From assembly GCA_024626585.2 (NCBI GenBank), contig JANKJI020000002.1:29458051-29490510 (forward strand): a stretch of DNA of 32,460 nucleotides, read 5' to 3'. Positions 1-12,654 of the stretch are shown here, in pieces. How positions within the stretch are numbered: position 1 is the first letter of the stretch; every line of letters starts with the position of its first letter. Source of the DNA: Ginkgo biloba. Lineage: Eukaryota > Plantae > Ginkgophyta. The notes beneath the pieces are model-generated. The model was not told where the DNA came from. It saw nothing but the letters and a program-made list of their open reading frames with translations, and ran no database searches. The position numbers were made by a program, and so were the translations under genes.

Positions 1-437
1 TGAGTAAGTTCATGGATAGCATACTATCTCCTAGATGGATTAGGACATGCAATGAGACTTAGGAAGGGATAACTTACTTATTTTAGGAAATTATCTTGGG
101 TGAACAAGTGATCACTTCATCTATCAAAAAAATAGACCTCAATCAACTTGCATTACCACCAAGTATAGATGGACCATACTATGACTCATACAATCTTTGA
201 AGGATGATCCATAAGGCGTCTAAGAAGTTGCTAGAAGGCATTCAAATACTGATAAAATTTCTATAAAGGGATCGGCTAGATGGATAAAGGAATATGGGAA
301 TCATTGAGCTCGAAATGGGGTGTCAACACATTATTCTTTTATATATTCAATCATGACAATCTATTTCATAATATTCTCAATATTTTATCATAATTCATAT
401 TAAATTAAGTAGTTGATCTTCCCAAGGTCATTACAAG

Positions 438-453
438 TGGTATCACAGAAAGC
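438..453 (+). other. Primer binding site (tRNA-iMet type), degenerate
   Basis: TGGTATCACAGAAAGC lies 2 nt after the LTR-terminal CA; the consensus is TGGTATCAGAGC. Confidence 0.7.
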
Positions 454-1361
454 AACCTTCCCGAGATAAACGCATGGTCTTGACAAGACAATAAGACAAG
501 GCTAGTATGGAGGAAAAAGAGAAAATCTCATAATGGTACACTAGGGATTACAATAACACAAACTCAACACTCAATGGCATCGAGGACACCATCAACAAAC
601 TCAATGAGCAAATAAAGTCCAAGAAGAACGAGGATCAGAGATTAGAAAATAACCGAAACACAAATGAAAGGACACTCGTACACAAAGAACAACTGGACCA
701 TAGTGGTCAAGGAGCTAGATTTACACTAGCTGTGCAACCCAAAATGCTCAATTTCACCTTCGACGAAACAATTGAAGCCCACAAATGGATTCAGAAGGTA
801 CATATCATACTGGAGGATAATGGAGGATATAAAGGCATATATGAAGTATGGATCGCAATACATTGCATGGAAGGAATAACGCATTGGGGAAGAAGATGGC
901 TAAAATCTAACGAGTATGCAGAAGGCACCTTTGAAAGGTTCACAATTTTTTTTACTAAAGAGTTGATAGGAATTGTAGTGAGCCTTATAATATTCAACTA
1001 GCTCACTTTTACCATAGAGAAANNNNNNNNNNNNNNNNNNNNNNNNNNNNNNNNNNNNNNNNNNNNNNNNNNNNNNNNNNNNNNNNNNNNNNNNNNNNNN
1101 NNNNNNNNNNNNNNNNNNNNNNNNNNNNNNNNNNNNNNNNNNNNNNNNNNNNNNNNNNNNNNNNNNNNNNNNNNNNNNNNNNNNNNNNNNNNNNNNNNNN
1201 NNNNNNNNNNNNNNNNNNNNNNNNNNNNNNNNNNNNNNNNNNNNNNNNNNNNNNNNNNNNNNNNNNNNNNNACCACAACTAAGGGAAGAAGCTATACATT
1301 CAAAAGACACCACAACACCCAGAGAAATAAAGACAGGAAGCAACCCCTAATATAGATGCAG

Positions 1362-1512
1362 TGATCCATACTTCTGAGGCCACATATAAAAGAAAGATTC
1401 AAAAAAGTTGTTCGTGGTAGAGGCACTTAAGGACGATGATCCATACTTTTGAGGGGTCACATATGAAATAAAGATTCAAAAAAGTTATTCATGGTATAGG
1501 CACCTAAGGACG
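1362..1512 (+). repeat. ~75-bp tandem duplication in the gag zinc-knuckle region
   Basis: TGATCCATACTT...AAAGATTCAAAAAAGTT...GGCAC(T/C)TAAGGACG starts at 1362 and again at 1437. Confidence 0.85.
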
Positions 1513-1632
1513 GATTTGAAAACAAGCAAGAGGCTCCCTGTAATGAGGATTAACGGTAGGAGGATTCATACAAGATGAAGATGACATCATCAAAGAACCC
1601 TTAGATCAAATTCCAATAGAAATAGATATGCT

Positions 1633-2086
1633 ATGACAAGAATTCCACAAATCAATACCTTTAAAGCACACATGTTTTTGAAGAAAAATAGGGTTCTAAT
1701 CATGGTGGATTCAGAAAGCACATTAAACTTCTTGGGCACAAAACAAATCAAAACAATGGGGCTATACATGGATAGCATCGACAACTTTTCAATATTGATT
1801 CCAAGACATAGTGAAATCTTGTGCGAGGGAGTTGNNNNNNNNNNNNNNNNNNNNNNNNNNNNNNNNNNNNNNNTTAAAGGATTACTCTTATGGCATACCG
1901 ACTCGAGGGGTTGATAGAGTCTTACGAGTTCAATGGTTGGCTACGCTTGAAACATATGGCACAAACCACATCAAAGATTTCATCTCATTCAAATTGCAAG
2001 GGGTGAAATACAAGATCTTTGGGATAAGGGCAATTGCTAATATAGTAGTAAGCTCCAAGAAAATGGATAAGATTTTGAGGAACTGA
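1633..2086 (+). pseudogene. Retrotransposon aspartic protease remnant
   Basis: RIPQINTFKAHMFLKKNRVLIMVDSESTLNFL resembles gypsy LIDSGSTHNF. GVDRVLRVQWLATL resembles GxDxVLGxQWLxTL. Confidence 0.8.
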
Positions 2087-2219
2087 CAACTAGGATTTGT
2101 AGCAAGGCTATACAAAATGGAAGTGTAACTTGAGACAACCACATTTAACAATTAGAAGAACAAAGGAATGACTTACGACTAACACTAGAACAAAACAATG
2201 AAGTTTTTAAAGACATACC

Positions 2220-2910
2220 CAAAGAAATGCCACCACATAGAGGCATGGAACATATAATCAAGATTGAAGCAAGAAAGGGACCAACGATTGTCAAGCCATA
2301 TCGTTATAGCTACAATTAAAAAATAGAAATCGAGAGACATTCAAAACTAGATTAATTTAGGAGCAATCTAAAAAAGCAAGAGCCCTTATACCGCATCAGT
2401 AGTGCTGACTAGGAAGATAGATAGATTGTGTAGGCTACGTGTCAATTATAGGGCATTAAGTAAAATCAAGATAAAAAATAAATTTCCAATGCCTAGGATT
2501 GATGATCTAATCGACGAACTTCATGGAGCACGATAGTTTTCAAAAATAGACCTTTGATCAGGATACTAGCAAATATCCATTAGGATCAAGGATAGAGAGA
2601 AGACAAGTTTTTGCACTCACTAGGGACACTTTGAATTCAAAGTGATGCCCTTCAACTTATTCACTCTTCAACAAAATTCTAAGTATTAATGAATAAGGTA
2701 TTAAAAAAAGACCTTAGAAAGTTTGTGCTGGTATTTTTGGACGATATTCTCTTATAGAGCATAACTTGAGAAGAGAATTTGACGCACTTAGAGAAAGTAC
2801 TAGAGATTATAACAACAACAAAACTCTATGCCAATAAATCCAAATGTGTGCTAGGAAGGGAGTTTGTGGAATATTTAGGCCACATCATAATAAATGAAAG
2901 AGTCAAAGTG
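2220..2910 (+). pseudogene. Ty3/gypsy reverse transcriptase remnant
   Basis: KPYRY, KNKFPMPRIDDLIDELHGA, FSKIDL*SGY, GHFEFKVMPF, FVLVFLDDILL (catalytic DD near 2740), KLYANKSKC..VEYLGHII. Contains in-frame stops. Confidence 0.93.
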
Positions 2911-4370
2911 NNNNNNNNNNNNNNNNNNNNNNNNNNNNNNNNNNNNNNNNNNNNNNNNNNNNNNNNNNNNNNNNNNNNNNNNNNNNNNNNNNNNNNNNNN
3001 NNNNNNNNNNNNNNNNNNNNNNNNNNNNNNNNNNNNNNNNNNNNNNNNNNNNNNNNNNNNNNNNNNNNNNNNNNNNNNNNNNNNNNNNNNNNNNNNNNNN
3101 NNNNNNNNNNNNNNNNNNNNNNNNNNNNNNNNNNNNNNNNNNNNNNNNNNNNNNNNNNNNNNNNNNNNNNNNNNNNNNNNNNNNNNNNNNNNNNNNNNNN
3201 NNNNNNNNNNNNNNNNNNNNNNNNNNNNNNNNNNNNNNNNNNNNNNNNNNNNNNNNNNNNNNNNNNNNNNNNNNNNNNNNNNNNNNNNNNNNNNNNNNNN
3301 NNNNNNNNNNNNNNNNNNNNNNNNNNNNNNNNNNNNNNNNATAAATTAAGTTGTCAATCCTCCTGGGTCCACTACAAAAAACATACCAAAATGCTACGCA
3401 TACCCTGCTATCAAGGTGTCCAAATATATTGGTTGATAAGGTAGAACCGAAGATTTGTATAATTGGACATATACATTGAATATATTCACAAAGATGCATA
3501 TATATACAACACATAACTCATGTCACTTGGGTTGCCTACAATCTCAAACTAACAATGGATATAAATTGAAGTCTGATACGATAACAAGAGTTACATCAGC
3601 AAGCATTGTGTACCAAATAGCAAGAAACNNNNNNNNNNNNNNNNNNNNNNNNNNNNNNNNNNNNNNNNNNNNNNNNGGCTGACGATCATAATATGCCAAT
3701 GCAATCATATTTACGTGTATATGGACATTTCTGGTAGCGTAGTCTTTAAACATAATGATCGATTTCCGGCAATCTTTAACCTAGAAAGAATACTCACTTA
3801 ATATTTCCAGGTATTCTGCTTACATTCCTCATGGAGATTACAAAAACATAAGGATAAAAATGGTTCTTGTTCAAATTGGAAGCAGCATCAGATAGATAAG
3901 AGTCGACAACATTTATCCAGTTCAAATACAGTGGGAACAAAAATCTACATTTCTTTTCTAGCCTTGCAGTGGAAGTCTTGAAATGCTATTTATGCAGACC
4001 TCAGCAGTTAGGAACAATCAAATGAAGCAATGAACACTAAAAGAAGCTTTGAAGTTCCTTAGAAGCTGCTCATAAATAATGCTTTGTCACAAGAAACAGA
4101 CATTAAGGGAAGCCTCTAGTCATATTCCAGAGATGATTTTCCCTTCTAATAGAGATTCAAATACAATGCACAATATACCGGCAAGATACTGAACTATTTA
4201 GACTAATGATAGCAGCAGCTCCATGAATCAATTATGGTAACTGCTTAGACCACCTGCTCAGTACATTACTAGTTGTAAGACTACACACCTTAATGCAATT
4301 ACACTGATTTTAAGAAACAAATTGCTCTACTTGTGTCCACAGCAATACTAAGCCCATACACTAATCCATC

Positions 4371-4783
4371 CAAGAGAATATAAATTCCAGCATTTTCGGA
4401 CTTTAAGTCAAGAAGGCGTTCTGCCACACATAATCCTAGATCAATATTGGAATGGATTCTGCAGGCACCAAGCAAAGCCCCCCACACACCAGCATTTGGT
4501 TCAAATGGCATCTTTCTGATTAAGTCTTGTGCCTCATCCAGATGTCCAGCACGGCCAAGAAGGTCAACCATGCATGCATAATGCTCCACTTTGGGTGTGA
4601 TGCCATAATCTCGACTCATGCAATCAAAATATTGCCACCCCTCGCTGACCAGGCCTGCATGACTGCATGCACACAAAACATGAGTGAAGGTGATGTGATC
4701 TGGCTTCATGCCTGTCTGTTGCATTTCATGAAAAAATGCTACGGCATCCTTACCAAGCCCGTGCATTCCATACCCTGCAATCA
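4371..4783 (-). pseudogene. PLS-class (E/DYW-type) pentatricopeptide repeat protein fragment, truncated within the E region
   Basis: IAGYGMHGLGKDAV..PDHITFTHVLCACSHAGLV..EHYACMVDLLGRAGHLDEA..VWGALLGACRIH..NAGIYILL. Homology stops where SNIYA is expected, and the ORF runs into unrelated sequence to a stop at 4299. The 5' end is lost in a gap. Confidence 0.85.
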
Positions 4784-5125
4784 NNNNNNNNNNNNNNNNN
4801 NNNNNNNNNNNNNNNNNNNNNNNNNNNNNNNNNNNNNNNNNNNNNNNNNNNNNNNNNNNNNNNNNNNNNNNNNNNNNNNNNNNCAAGAGAATATAAATTC
4901 CAGCTTATACCAGACAATGAGAGATTTTAGATATACAACGTGCCTGATTTCCTCCATAACACTGAATTTTTCCGTATCATATCATGGCAGGAATTTTGTA
5001 CATTGTGTCATGTAGTTCAAGCAAAGCTTTAGATTGAACATTTGCACTCCAGCATCAGCAAAACCATGTTTTGGTCCTGAAATCTTTTCCACGATTTAAG
5101 GAATTATAAATGAAAATGGATCAAC

Positions 5126-6234
5126 CTATAACCATTCTATTCGACAATGGCCTTCAATTTTTGCAAGTAGACCATTGGGTATCCAATGTCTCATCTCTCT
5201 GTCTAACCCCAAGTACTCCAAGGTAGGGCATTTAAACACTGTGTACTCAATATCCTCACTAAACACATTGTCACAAGCATCTAAAATCATTACCTGTAAA
5301 GACATATGGTGCGAAAATCCACGAATTCCATCTCCGGTGACAGACTCACAACCTGTAAGATTAATCTCTTTCAATTTTTGGCAATTAACAGCAATGGCAA
5401 GCAATGATGCATCCGACACATTAATCAGCCATGACAAGTTTATGCTTTCAAGTCTAGAAATGGCCTGAAGAGCCATAACTCCAATATCAGTAATTCTAGG
5501 GCCACAGTGGGCCAAATTCAGTACACGTAAACACGATAGCTGTTGCAGACAACTTACCCCCAAGTCTGTAATCCGGTCACATTCACAAAGTTCAAGCGTT
5601 TTCAATGTTCTTGCAGTTGGGCCTGTTGCCAATGAGATCAACCCCTTATCGGTGATCAGTGAACATCCATGTAAAATAAGAGTTTCCAAGGAATCGGCAA
5701 CCCCAATTGCTTCCAGAGCTTGATCTGTTAATTTATGGCAAAAACCCAAATCTAAATGTATAATATTTCGACATGATTTTACCAGAGCTTTGAGACCTAC
5801 ATTGCCTAAACCCCTTCTCCTCCTTAGATAAACCTTTCTCAAATCCCTGCAGCCCGCAGCTATTGCACAGATTCCTTCATCGGTTACCATGTCTCTGATA
5901 GGGCCCTCAAACACATCAGTGAAACTCATAGTGTGCACTAAATTCAAATTAAAAGTTTGAAGGGCAGGACAGGTTNNNNNNNNNNNNNNNNNNNNNNNNN
6001 NNNNNNNNNNNNNNNNNNNNNNNNNNNNNNNNNNNNNNNNNNNNNNNNNNNNNNNNNNNNNNNNNNNNNNNNNNNNNNNNNNNNNNNNNNNNNNNNNNNN
6101 NNNNNNNNNNNNNNNNNNNNNNNNNNNNNNNNNNNNNNNNNNNNNNNNNNNNNNNNNNNNNNNNNNNNNNNNNNNNNNNNNNNNNNNNNNNNNNNNNNNN
6201 NNNNNNNNNNNNNNNNNNNNNNNNNNNNNNNNNN
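5126..6234 (-). CDS. F-box/LRR-repeat (RNI-like, cysteine-containing LRR) protein; N-terminus hidden in gap 5976-6234
   Basis: Uninterrupted visible ORF of about 280 aa with repeated LxLxxCxxITDxG motifs (LDLGFCHKLTDQAL, LHGCSLITDKGL, LCECDRITDLGV, LTGCESVTGDGI). The stop codon ends at 5126. The F-box itself is inferred, not seen. Confidence 0.88.
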
Positions 6235-7834
6235 CCAAATTGACTGAAGAAATATTCCGATAACCCTAAATTTAGAATACCGAAAAAAACGAGCCGAGAA
6301 AAATCAATTTCAAGAAAAAATCACGAAAGAAATTCGAGTCCTGTGTGGAGTCCAACTAAGAGATACCAATTTCCTGAGAAAACCCACTAAAAATAAATCC
6401 AATTTTCATTTTCCTCTGAAATCCAACTAAAGGACTCCTAAAAACTCCAATTCTCCTCTGGAATTGTACCTAAACATTCCAAGAAACCCGTTTAACAGGC
6501 TTCAACTCTCTGTGGGAAGCAATTATCTTAAAGCCTAAATGTTAAAGACTTTGTACAGCCTCCAAGGATTCACGCTGAAAAATGGGATTTCTTCCGACGA
6601 GCAATCTATTGTTTAAAGCTTATGCTTTCCATTAGACCATCTACGGTTTTAAAATTTGTAACCAATGAGATGAAAACCATCAATGCATACAAAATTGAAT
6701 CCGTAAGTAAAGCTTAATTTTATTAATAAAGTTTATAAATGGATAAGATCCAAATGGAAACATATTCCATTGGACTCTCTGTGAGAAAGATCAGATCCTT
6801 ATGTGATGTAGACAAAGAGATTGCATTTTATAGTAGATCAAATAGTCATGCAATATATTTAAAGACAATACATTTGGATTTCGACATATTTGGAGGTGAT
6901 AATTTCCACATATTTTAGAACCAAGTCCTAACTGTGTGATCTTATCTATTTTCATAGTTTTATCCTAATATTGAAGGTTTTGCATAGGAAATCCCCTGTG
7001 CCATTGTAACGTTTAAACTAAACATGAGATGGATCAGATGGGTTCCCTTATAATCTTCAAATAAAAACATATTTATAGACAATAGAAGAAAATAAATCAA
7101 ATACATACACGTTGTAGGATTAGTAGGCTCTCTTAAATAGTTCATCTACATAAGACAGGTACCATAATATAATATAATGTGAAGAAATAAGGATGAAAAG
7201 AGTTTCCAAGTATAAGAGATAATGTTTAAGGGAAGAAGCCTATCATTGCTACAATGTCAACCTCGTTGGCCTCATCTTATTTTTTCTATTGTCTTTCTTT
7301 ACACCAAAATAGAAAATGACATAAGTAATGAGCCCTAATATTGCATCCACAAAACCTAAGAGTGGTCACATATGCAGGTGGATTTGTATATCTCTCTACA
7401 ACATAAAGTTTTCTTATTTTTATACCAATTTTTTCATAACATTCCCATATCTTTGTCACGTCATAGGGGCTAAAATGGTGACTAGTATTTAAATAATCAT
7501 GAGGTCACATTACTTTGAATATTTGTCTATGCTATGAATGCAAACACTAACTAAACCAACACCAAAATCAAGTGAATTCCTTGAAAAAAATAGAGATAAG
7601 GGCTCCAACTAATCTGTGGTAGTAGGCATTGGTTATTGCTCGATACCTACACATATTGAATATATATTAGGCTATATGAATTTTCTATTTCTCTATAATG
7701 GTCAAAGGGTGAAGTTTATTTTACATCACTGACTNNNNNNNNNNNNNNNNNNNNNNNNNNNNNNNNNNNNNNNNNNNNNNNNNNNNNNNNNNNNNNNNNN
7801 NNNNNNNNNNNNNNNNNNNNNNNNNNNNNNNNNN

Positions 7835-8300
7835 AGATCCCATTGCTTATGTCTCTCTAATAAGGTAAGGTCTTGGTCTAACAATTTATGTTGGGGATGA
7901 TACTCCATTGCCTTGTCTTTTGAATAGTAGCATGTACATGGATTAATGTGTTGATTCATGTATTGTCTTCTTCACTAACTCCTTTATATCACCTAAAAAT
8001 AAAAAAATGTGGTTCTCCTTTGCTTGGGATAGTAGGGTAAGTAGTACTTTATCATGTNNNNNNNNNNNNNNNNATGTTCTTGATTTAATGATGTAGTATC
8101 AATTTCCTTTAGTCACGCTACTATAATAATTATGTCTTCTATAGAAAAGGGCATCTCGATCATACAAGTATGGACTCCCAAATATCATACTTGCATAATT
8201 TATAAGAACTACATCACATAGTACCTTGTTAATGTAAAATGTTGTGATGATAATTTTTACCTTGCACTGCTTAATTTTTGTGAACTTATGCACCTCATTT
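7835..8300 (-). mobile_element. Ty3/gypsy protease C-terminal / RT N-terminal remnant
   Basis: KQCKVK..VLCDVVLINYASMIFGSPYLYDRDALFYR resembles the CDVVPxDxxxxxLGxPxxYDR protease tail. Confidence 0.7.
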
Positions 8301-9959
8301 GTCTACTGAAGATCATAAGTTTTATGGACATGGATCAAATATTTTTCCCCCAATCACAACCACTTAGAGTGAATTCGTGCCCAAGAGTGGGTGGGTAATA
8401 AATTTGAGGGTTATACCAGACACCTCACATCAGGATGTGTGTGATATGTGAAAGCAAAAAATAAATAACTTAAAAATAAATCTTTTTCTTTTCACTTTCA
8501 TTTTCACAAAAATAAGATAGGAAGAAACAACCAAACACATGCAACCAACATAAAATAAATTCACCATTTTTTCCTTTTCACATCCCCCCAATGAATTATT
8601 TATTTCACTACTTAGTGAAACAAAGCAGTGAGAAAAAGACTAGACCTCCTAGAAGAAAATTCACAAAGGCATAGGGAATGAAAAAAAAATAAAANNNNNN
8701 NNNNNNNNNNNNNNNNNNNNNNNNNNNNNNNNNNNNNNNNNNNNNNNNNNAAAATAATTACCCAAAAGAAAGAATAAATAAAACAAAAATCAGAAGGAAA
8801 AAAGGATAGACATCGAGGAACAAAGCCTCAACTAGAATTCCCTTGGGATAACACAAGGGAATAAAGCTTTGGGAAAAATTGTCAAAAATCAAATAGAGAT
8901 TCCCCTTGTCTATACTAAAATTAATAAATTTTAGAATTGACTTGTGGTCAATTTTATAAAATATGAANNNNNNNNNNNNNNNNNNNNNNNNNNNNNNNNN
9001 NNNNNNNNNNNNNNNNNNNNNNNNNNNNNNNNNNNNNNNNNNNNNNNNNNNNNNNNNNNNNNNNNNNGGAATATCTGTAATATGGGTAATGCTCTCTTAC
9101 GACAACAATAAAACTCTAAATATAATAATCTTATCTCTCAAGGAATAATTCACTAGCATAATACTACATCTAATCTCTCAAAAATAAAATTGGGTAGCAT
9201 AATATTTCTCTCCAAAATTCCCCTAAGAAAAGGAAGAGGAAACACAAAGAATAAAGGAAGAAATGAAAACAAATGGAAATATGTGACTCCTTCACTCAAT
9301 ATGCAAGGTCTCCTAGCACAAAAGCTTATATATCTTAAATAAAATTTGAGCATAATAACATTGCATATTTTATTCCTCCTTCATCCCTTCCAATCTCATT
9401 GTATTTATAGAGAAATCCATAAAGTTAAGATATTCTTTATGGATTTGTTCAAACCATAATAATTAGGAAGAGATAAGATAAAATGATAATTTATTAGGTA
9501 AAAACTAATTGATTGCACGAAAAATAGTCATGCAGTATATTAGGATAAGGCATCATAGTAGAAAAAATGATGTTCTAGAATAAACAACATAATATTGTGT
9601 TTTCACACACCCACACAGATAAATACCATGGAAATATACATTTGATGGTGAATACCATGTCATTGTGTGCTCATGGAGCATTAAATGATGTAGTATATAG
9701 ATAATAGCATGCATAAACATGATATTGGATTATTTAATAAAAATATAAAAAATATGAGAAAAAATAAGACTTGGAGAAGGTGATGGTTATATTCTCAAAG
9801 ATCGAAGACCTGTAAATAAGGAGTTAGCTTCTTTTTATTAATAAAAAATGTCTATGCAATTGTAGGGGTGCATGCTATCAAACACTATACTCAACATAAT
9901 TATAAATTTTCATCATTTTCTAGGAGTCACATATGATCTCCTAATATAAGAATATGTTA

Positions 9960-11056
9960 ATGCCCAAAATCTTGATTACAAGGTTTAAGATGTAGAAATG
10001 TAGTAAGATCCTATGACTTTACTAAAGACTCTAAAATCAAGTTCTCTTGGATACCTACATCAAATAAAGTTAATACCATTTAAGTCTTGATCTAGATCTT
10101 CATATGAAATAAATCCCTTTGTTCTTTATTTACCAGTAGTTGGGTCGTATTCATTAACAATTTGAATGTAGTACCTATGCCATCATCTCCATGTATGACT
10201 ACTGCAAATGTATTTTTACACGTGTCTTCTTGATCATCTTGGATGGGATGTATTTTGGCCTTACTCTTTGACTAACAATTCTCATTAGTATGCACCTTGA
10301 CTTTGTAATGATTGTAATAGGCTTTGGGATCATTACTTATTAACTCTTTGGTTTGGTTTATGTTATTACTAGAAGATGGATTAACCTCATTTATGGTTTC
10401 CTCCTTTAACTAGTACATGCTTGAATCTTCTTCTTACCTCTACCTTAAGTGAAAAGTAGTAATCCTCGTCTTAAGTAATAGTTTCAAATAATTCAAGGTC
10501 CTATTAAATGGTGGTGTAGAATTCTCCTATGAAGTTTAAGATCACCTTGTCCTCAACTTCCTTAATGTTGAGCTTGATTGTCATCTTATGTGTAATGTAT
10601 CTATATACAACTCTACTATTTGATGCTTCTCTTACTTCAATTATTTTCACTTCTTATAGATCTCACTCATGTACTTTAGGAGGTAGAACTTACTCCTCAA
10701 CAAAGTCTTGAACTACTCCCATGTTGTAACCCATGGATTGCCTAGTTGGTTAATGTAACACTCCCACTAAGATAAAGTATACTTGACCACCCTCAACTTA
10801 GAAAAAATTATCTTTCACAAATTATTAAATCCTTGGGTATCAAAATAAGCCTCTAAATCTTAGATGTAATCATTTAAATTTTTAGTATATAATCCCAACA
10901 AATTCTTTGATCTCTAACTTAGTATCCATATTGATTAATTCAAGTATCTATAAAGAGTTGGTAGCACCAAGTGTGCACATGGGATGTACTATCAAATTTT
11001 GTATGGCGGCCGATGTCTATTGAATCTATTAAATAAGTAGTTGGTTTTGTTGGGTC
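9960..11056 (-). mobile_element. Ty3/gypsy gag-protease remnant
   Basis: Minus-strand translation gives gag DTKLEIKEFVG..LEAYFDTQG..KIIFSKLR..WE, a degenerate zinc knuckle near 10290, and protease LFHMKI..LTLFDVGIQENLILESLVK (resembles LFDSGSQxNLISE). Confidence 0.78.
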
Positions 11057-11156
11057 NNNNNNNNNNNNNNNNNNNNNNNNNNNNNNNNNNNNNNNNNNNN
11101 NNNNNNNNNNNNNNNNNNNNNNNNNNNNNNNNNNNNNNNNNNNNNNNNNNNNNNNN

Positions 11157-12120
11157 TAAATAATAGTAAATTATGGATTACCTAGTTAGTAAATGTAATA
11201 TTCCTATTGACATAAGGCATACTTGACCATTATCAATTTAGAAAATTTGATATTCTATAAGTCATTAAATCCTTAAGTACCAAACTAGGCCTCTAAATTT
11301 GGGATCCAATCGTATAACTTTTAAGCATCAATAGTCCTATCAAATTCCTTAATCCATAAATTTGTATCCACCTTGACTATAGTAAGACCTTTTAAGGAAT
11401 TAGTATTAATGGGTGTGTGCATAGGTTACATTATTAGTTCTTTCATAATGACCTTTATTTGTTAAATCTATTATTGAAGTAACTAATTNNNNNNNNNNNN
11501 NNNNNNNNNNNNNNNNNNNNNNNNNNTATTATCATATTTTTCTCCATGTGAGTGTTAGATGCAAAAGGTTGAGATTGACATACTAGTCTCTTTAGTATAT
11601 CATGATCTCTCATAAATGTAAGGAGAATAGACTCAATCCAATCTTCTTTGGCTTCTAATATCTCTACTAAAAAAGTATTAGTAAAATCCTCATTCTTAGA
11701 ACTCTCCTCTTACCCTATAGTGTTGGAAGTAGGATTGGTTTGTGGTTCTCTACTTGAACTTGTCAATGGAATTTACTCTAGCATAAAGATAGCCCTAATG
11801 TAGCCTTGCTTAGTCCACTCCATTAACCAAAGAAAAATATAAAAACTAATAATATAGAGAATATCAATTTAGGCATTGAATGCCAATTGATATGCCATCA
11901 ATGTGTTAGTTATGTATATGGAACCCTTTATAGTGAAGAAGCATGAATGTGTGAATTATGATGATTGATTAAGGATCACTTTTAGATTTTGTTTAATCTT
12001 CCTTGAATCTATTACAAATTTTATGACTATAATAATCTATATTTGGCATGAATTAGGTTTTTAACTCTAAAAAATATTAGTTGTCAACTCTTGATTATCA
12101 ACGCATCACCTTTTTTCTCT
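11157..12120 (-). mobile_element. Second gag copy of the same gypsy family, with upstream degenerate PBS and putative short LTR
   Basis: 11173-11488 is a diverged copy of 10733-11050. PBS-like TGGCATTCAATGC at 11885-11873 follows ...CATATCA (11888). The candidate LTR 12108-11888 has TGAT...ATCA ends. Confidence 0.65.
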
Positions 12121-12654
12121 ACGTTGTAACTTTTCCCTCACACATTGTGCCTTTTTTATATGGTACCATCATGCCTTTATCCCCTTCTATAGGTTTTTCC
12201 CCAACACCCAAAAAGACAAAAATGTAGAAACGATCACATGCTCGACTATGCACATGGTTCAACGACAAGTATCTACAAATACAAATAATATCCAAGTGAA
12301 GATTATAAAAAATAATAATTGATTGTATAATCAAATTTTCTCTCTCTAAATCTCAAAAGTAGGTCTCATAAATATATGAATAAATTATTTAGTCATGGCC
12401 AAATCTTCTATTAAATGGATTAAGCTCGTTCAAAAAAACACAACTATCTAAAAATAATCATCCGTGCATCCATCCATAAATAGGACTCATCATGCATGCA
12501 AGAAGTTATTTTATGTGGTGCATGTGAATATAATCTAATCTANNNNNNNNNNNNNNNNNNNNNNNNNNNNNNNNNNNNNNNNNNNNNNNNNNNNNNNNNN
12601 NNNNNNNNNNNNNNNNNNNNNNNNNNNNNNNNNNNNNNNNNNGATGCCCAAACA

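Larger units (their letters stand above)
1..3760 (+). mobile_element. Degenerate Ty3/gypsy (chromovirus-like) LTR retrotransposon: 5' LTR end, PBS, gag, protease, RT, probable integrase remnant
   Basis: LTR end ...TTACA (435) is followed by a tRNA-Met-type PBS. Gag-like PKMLNFTFDETIEAHKWIQK at 732-1000, protease VLIMVDSESTLNF near 1700, RT motifs at 2220-2910. Order is gag-PR-RT. Many stops and frameshifts. The integrase zinc-finger remnant at about 3450-3630 is weak. Confidence 0.9.
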
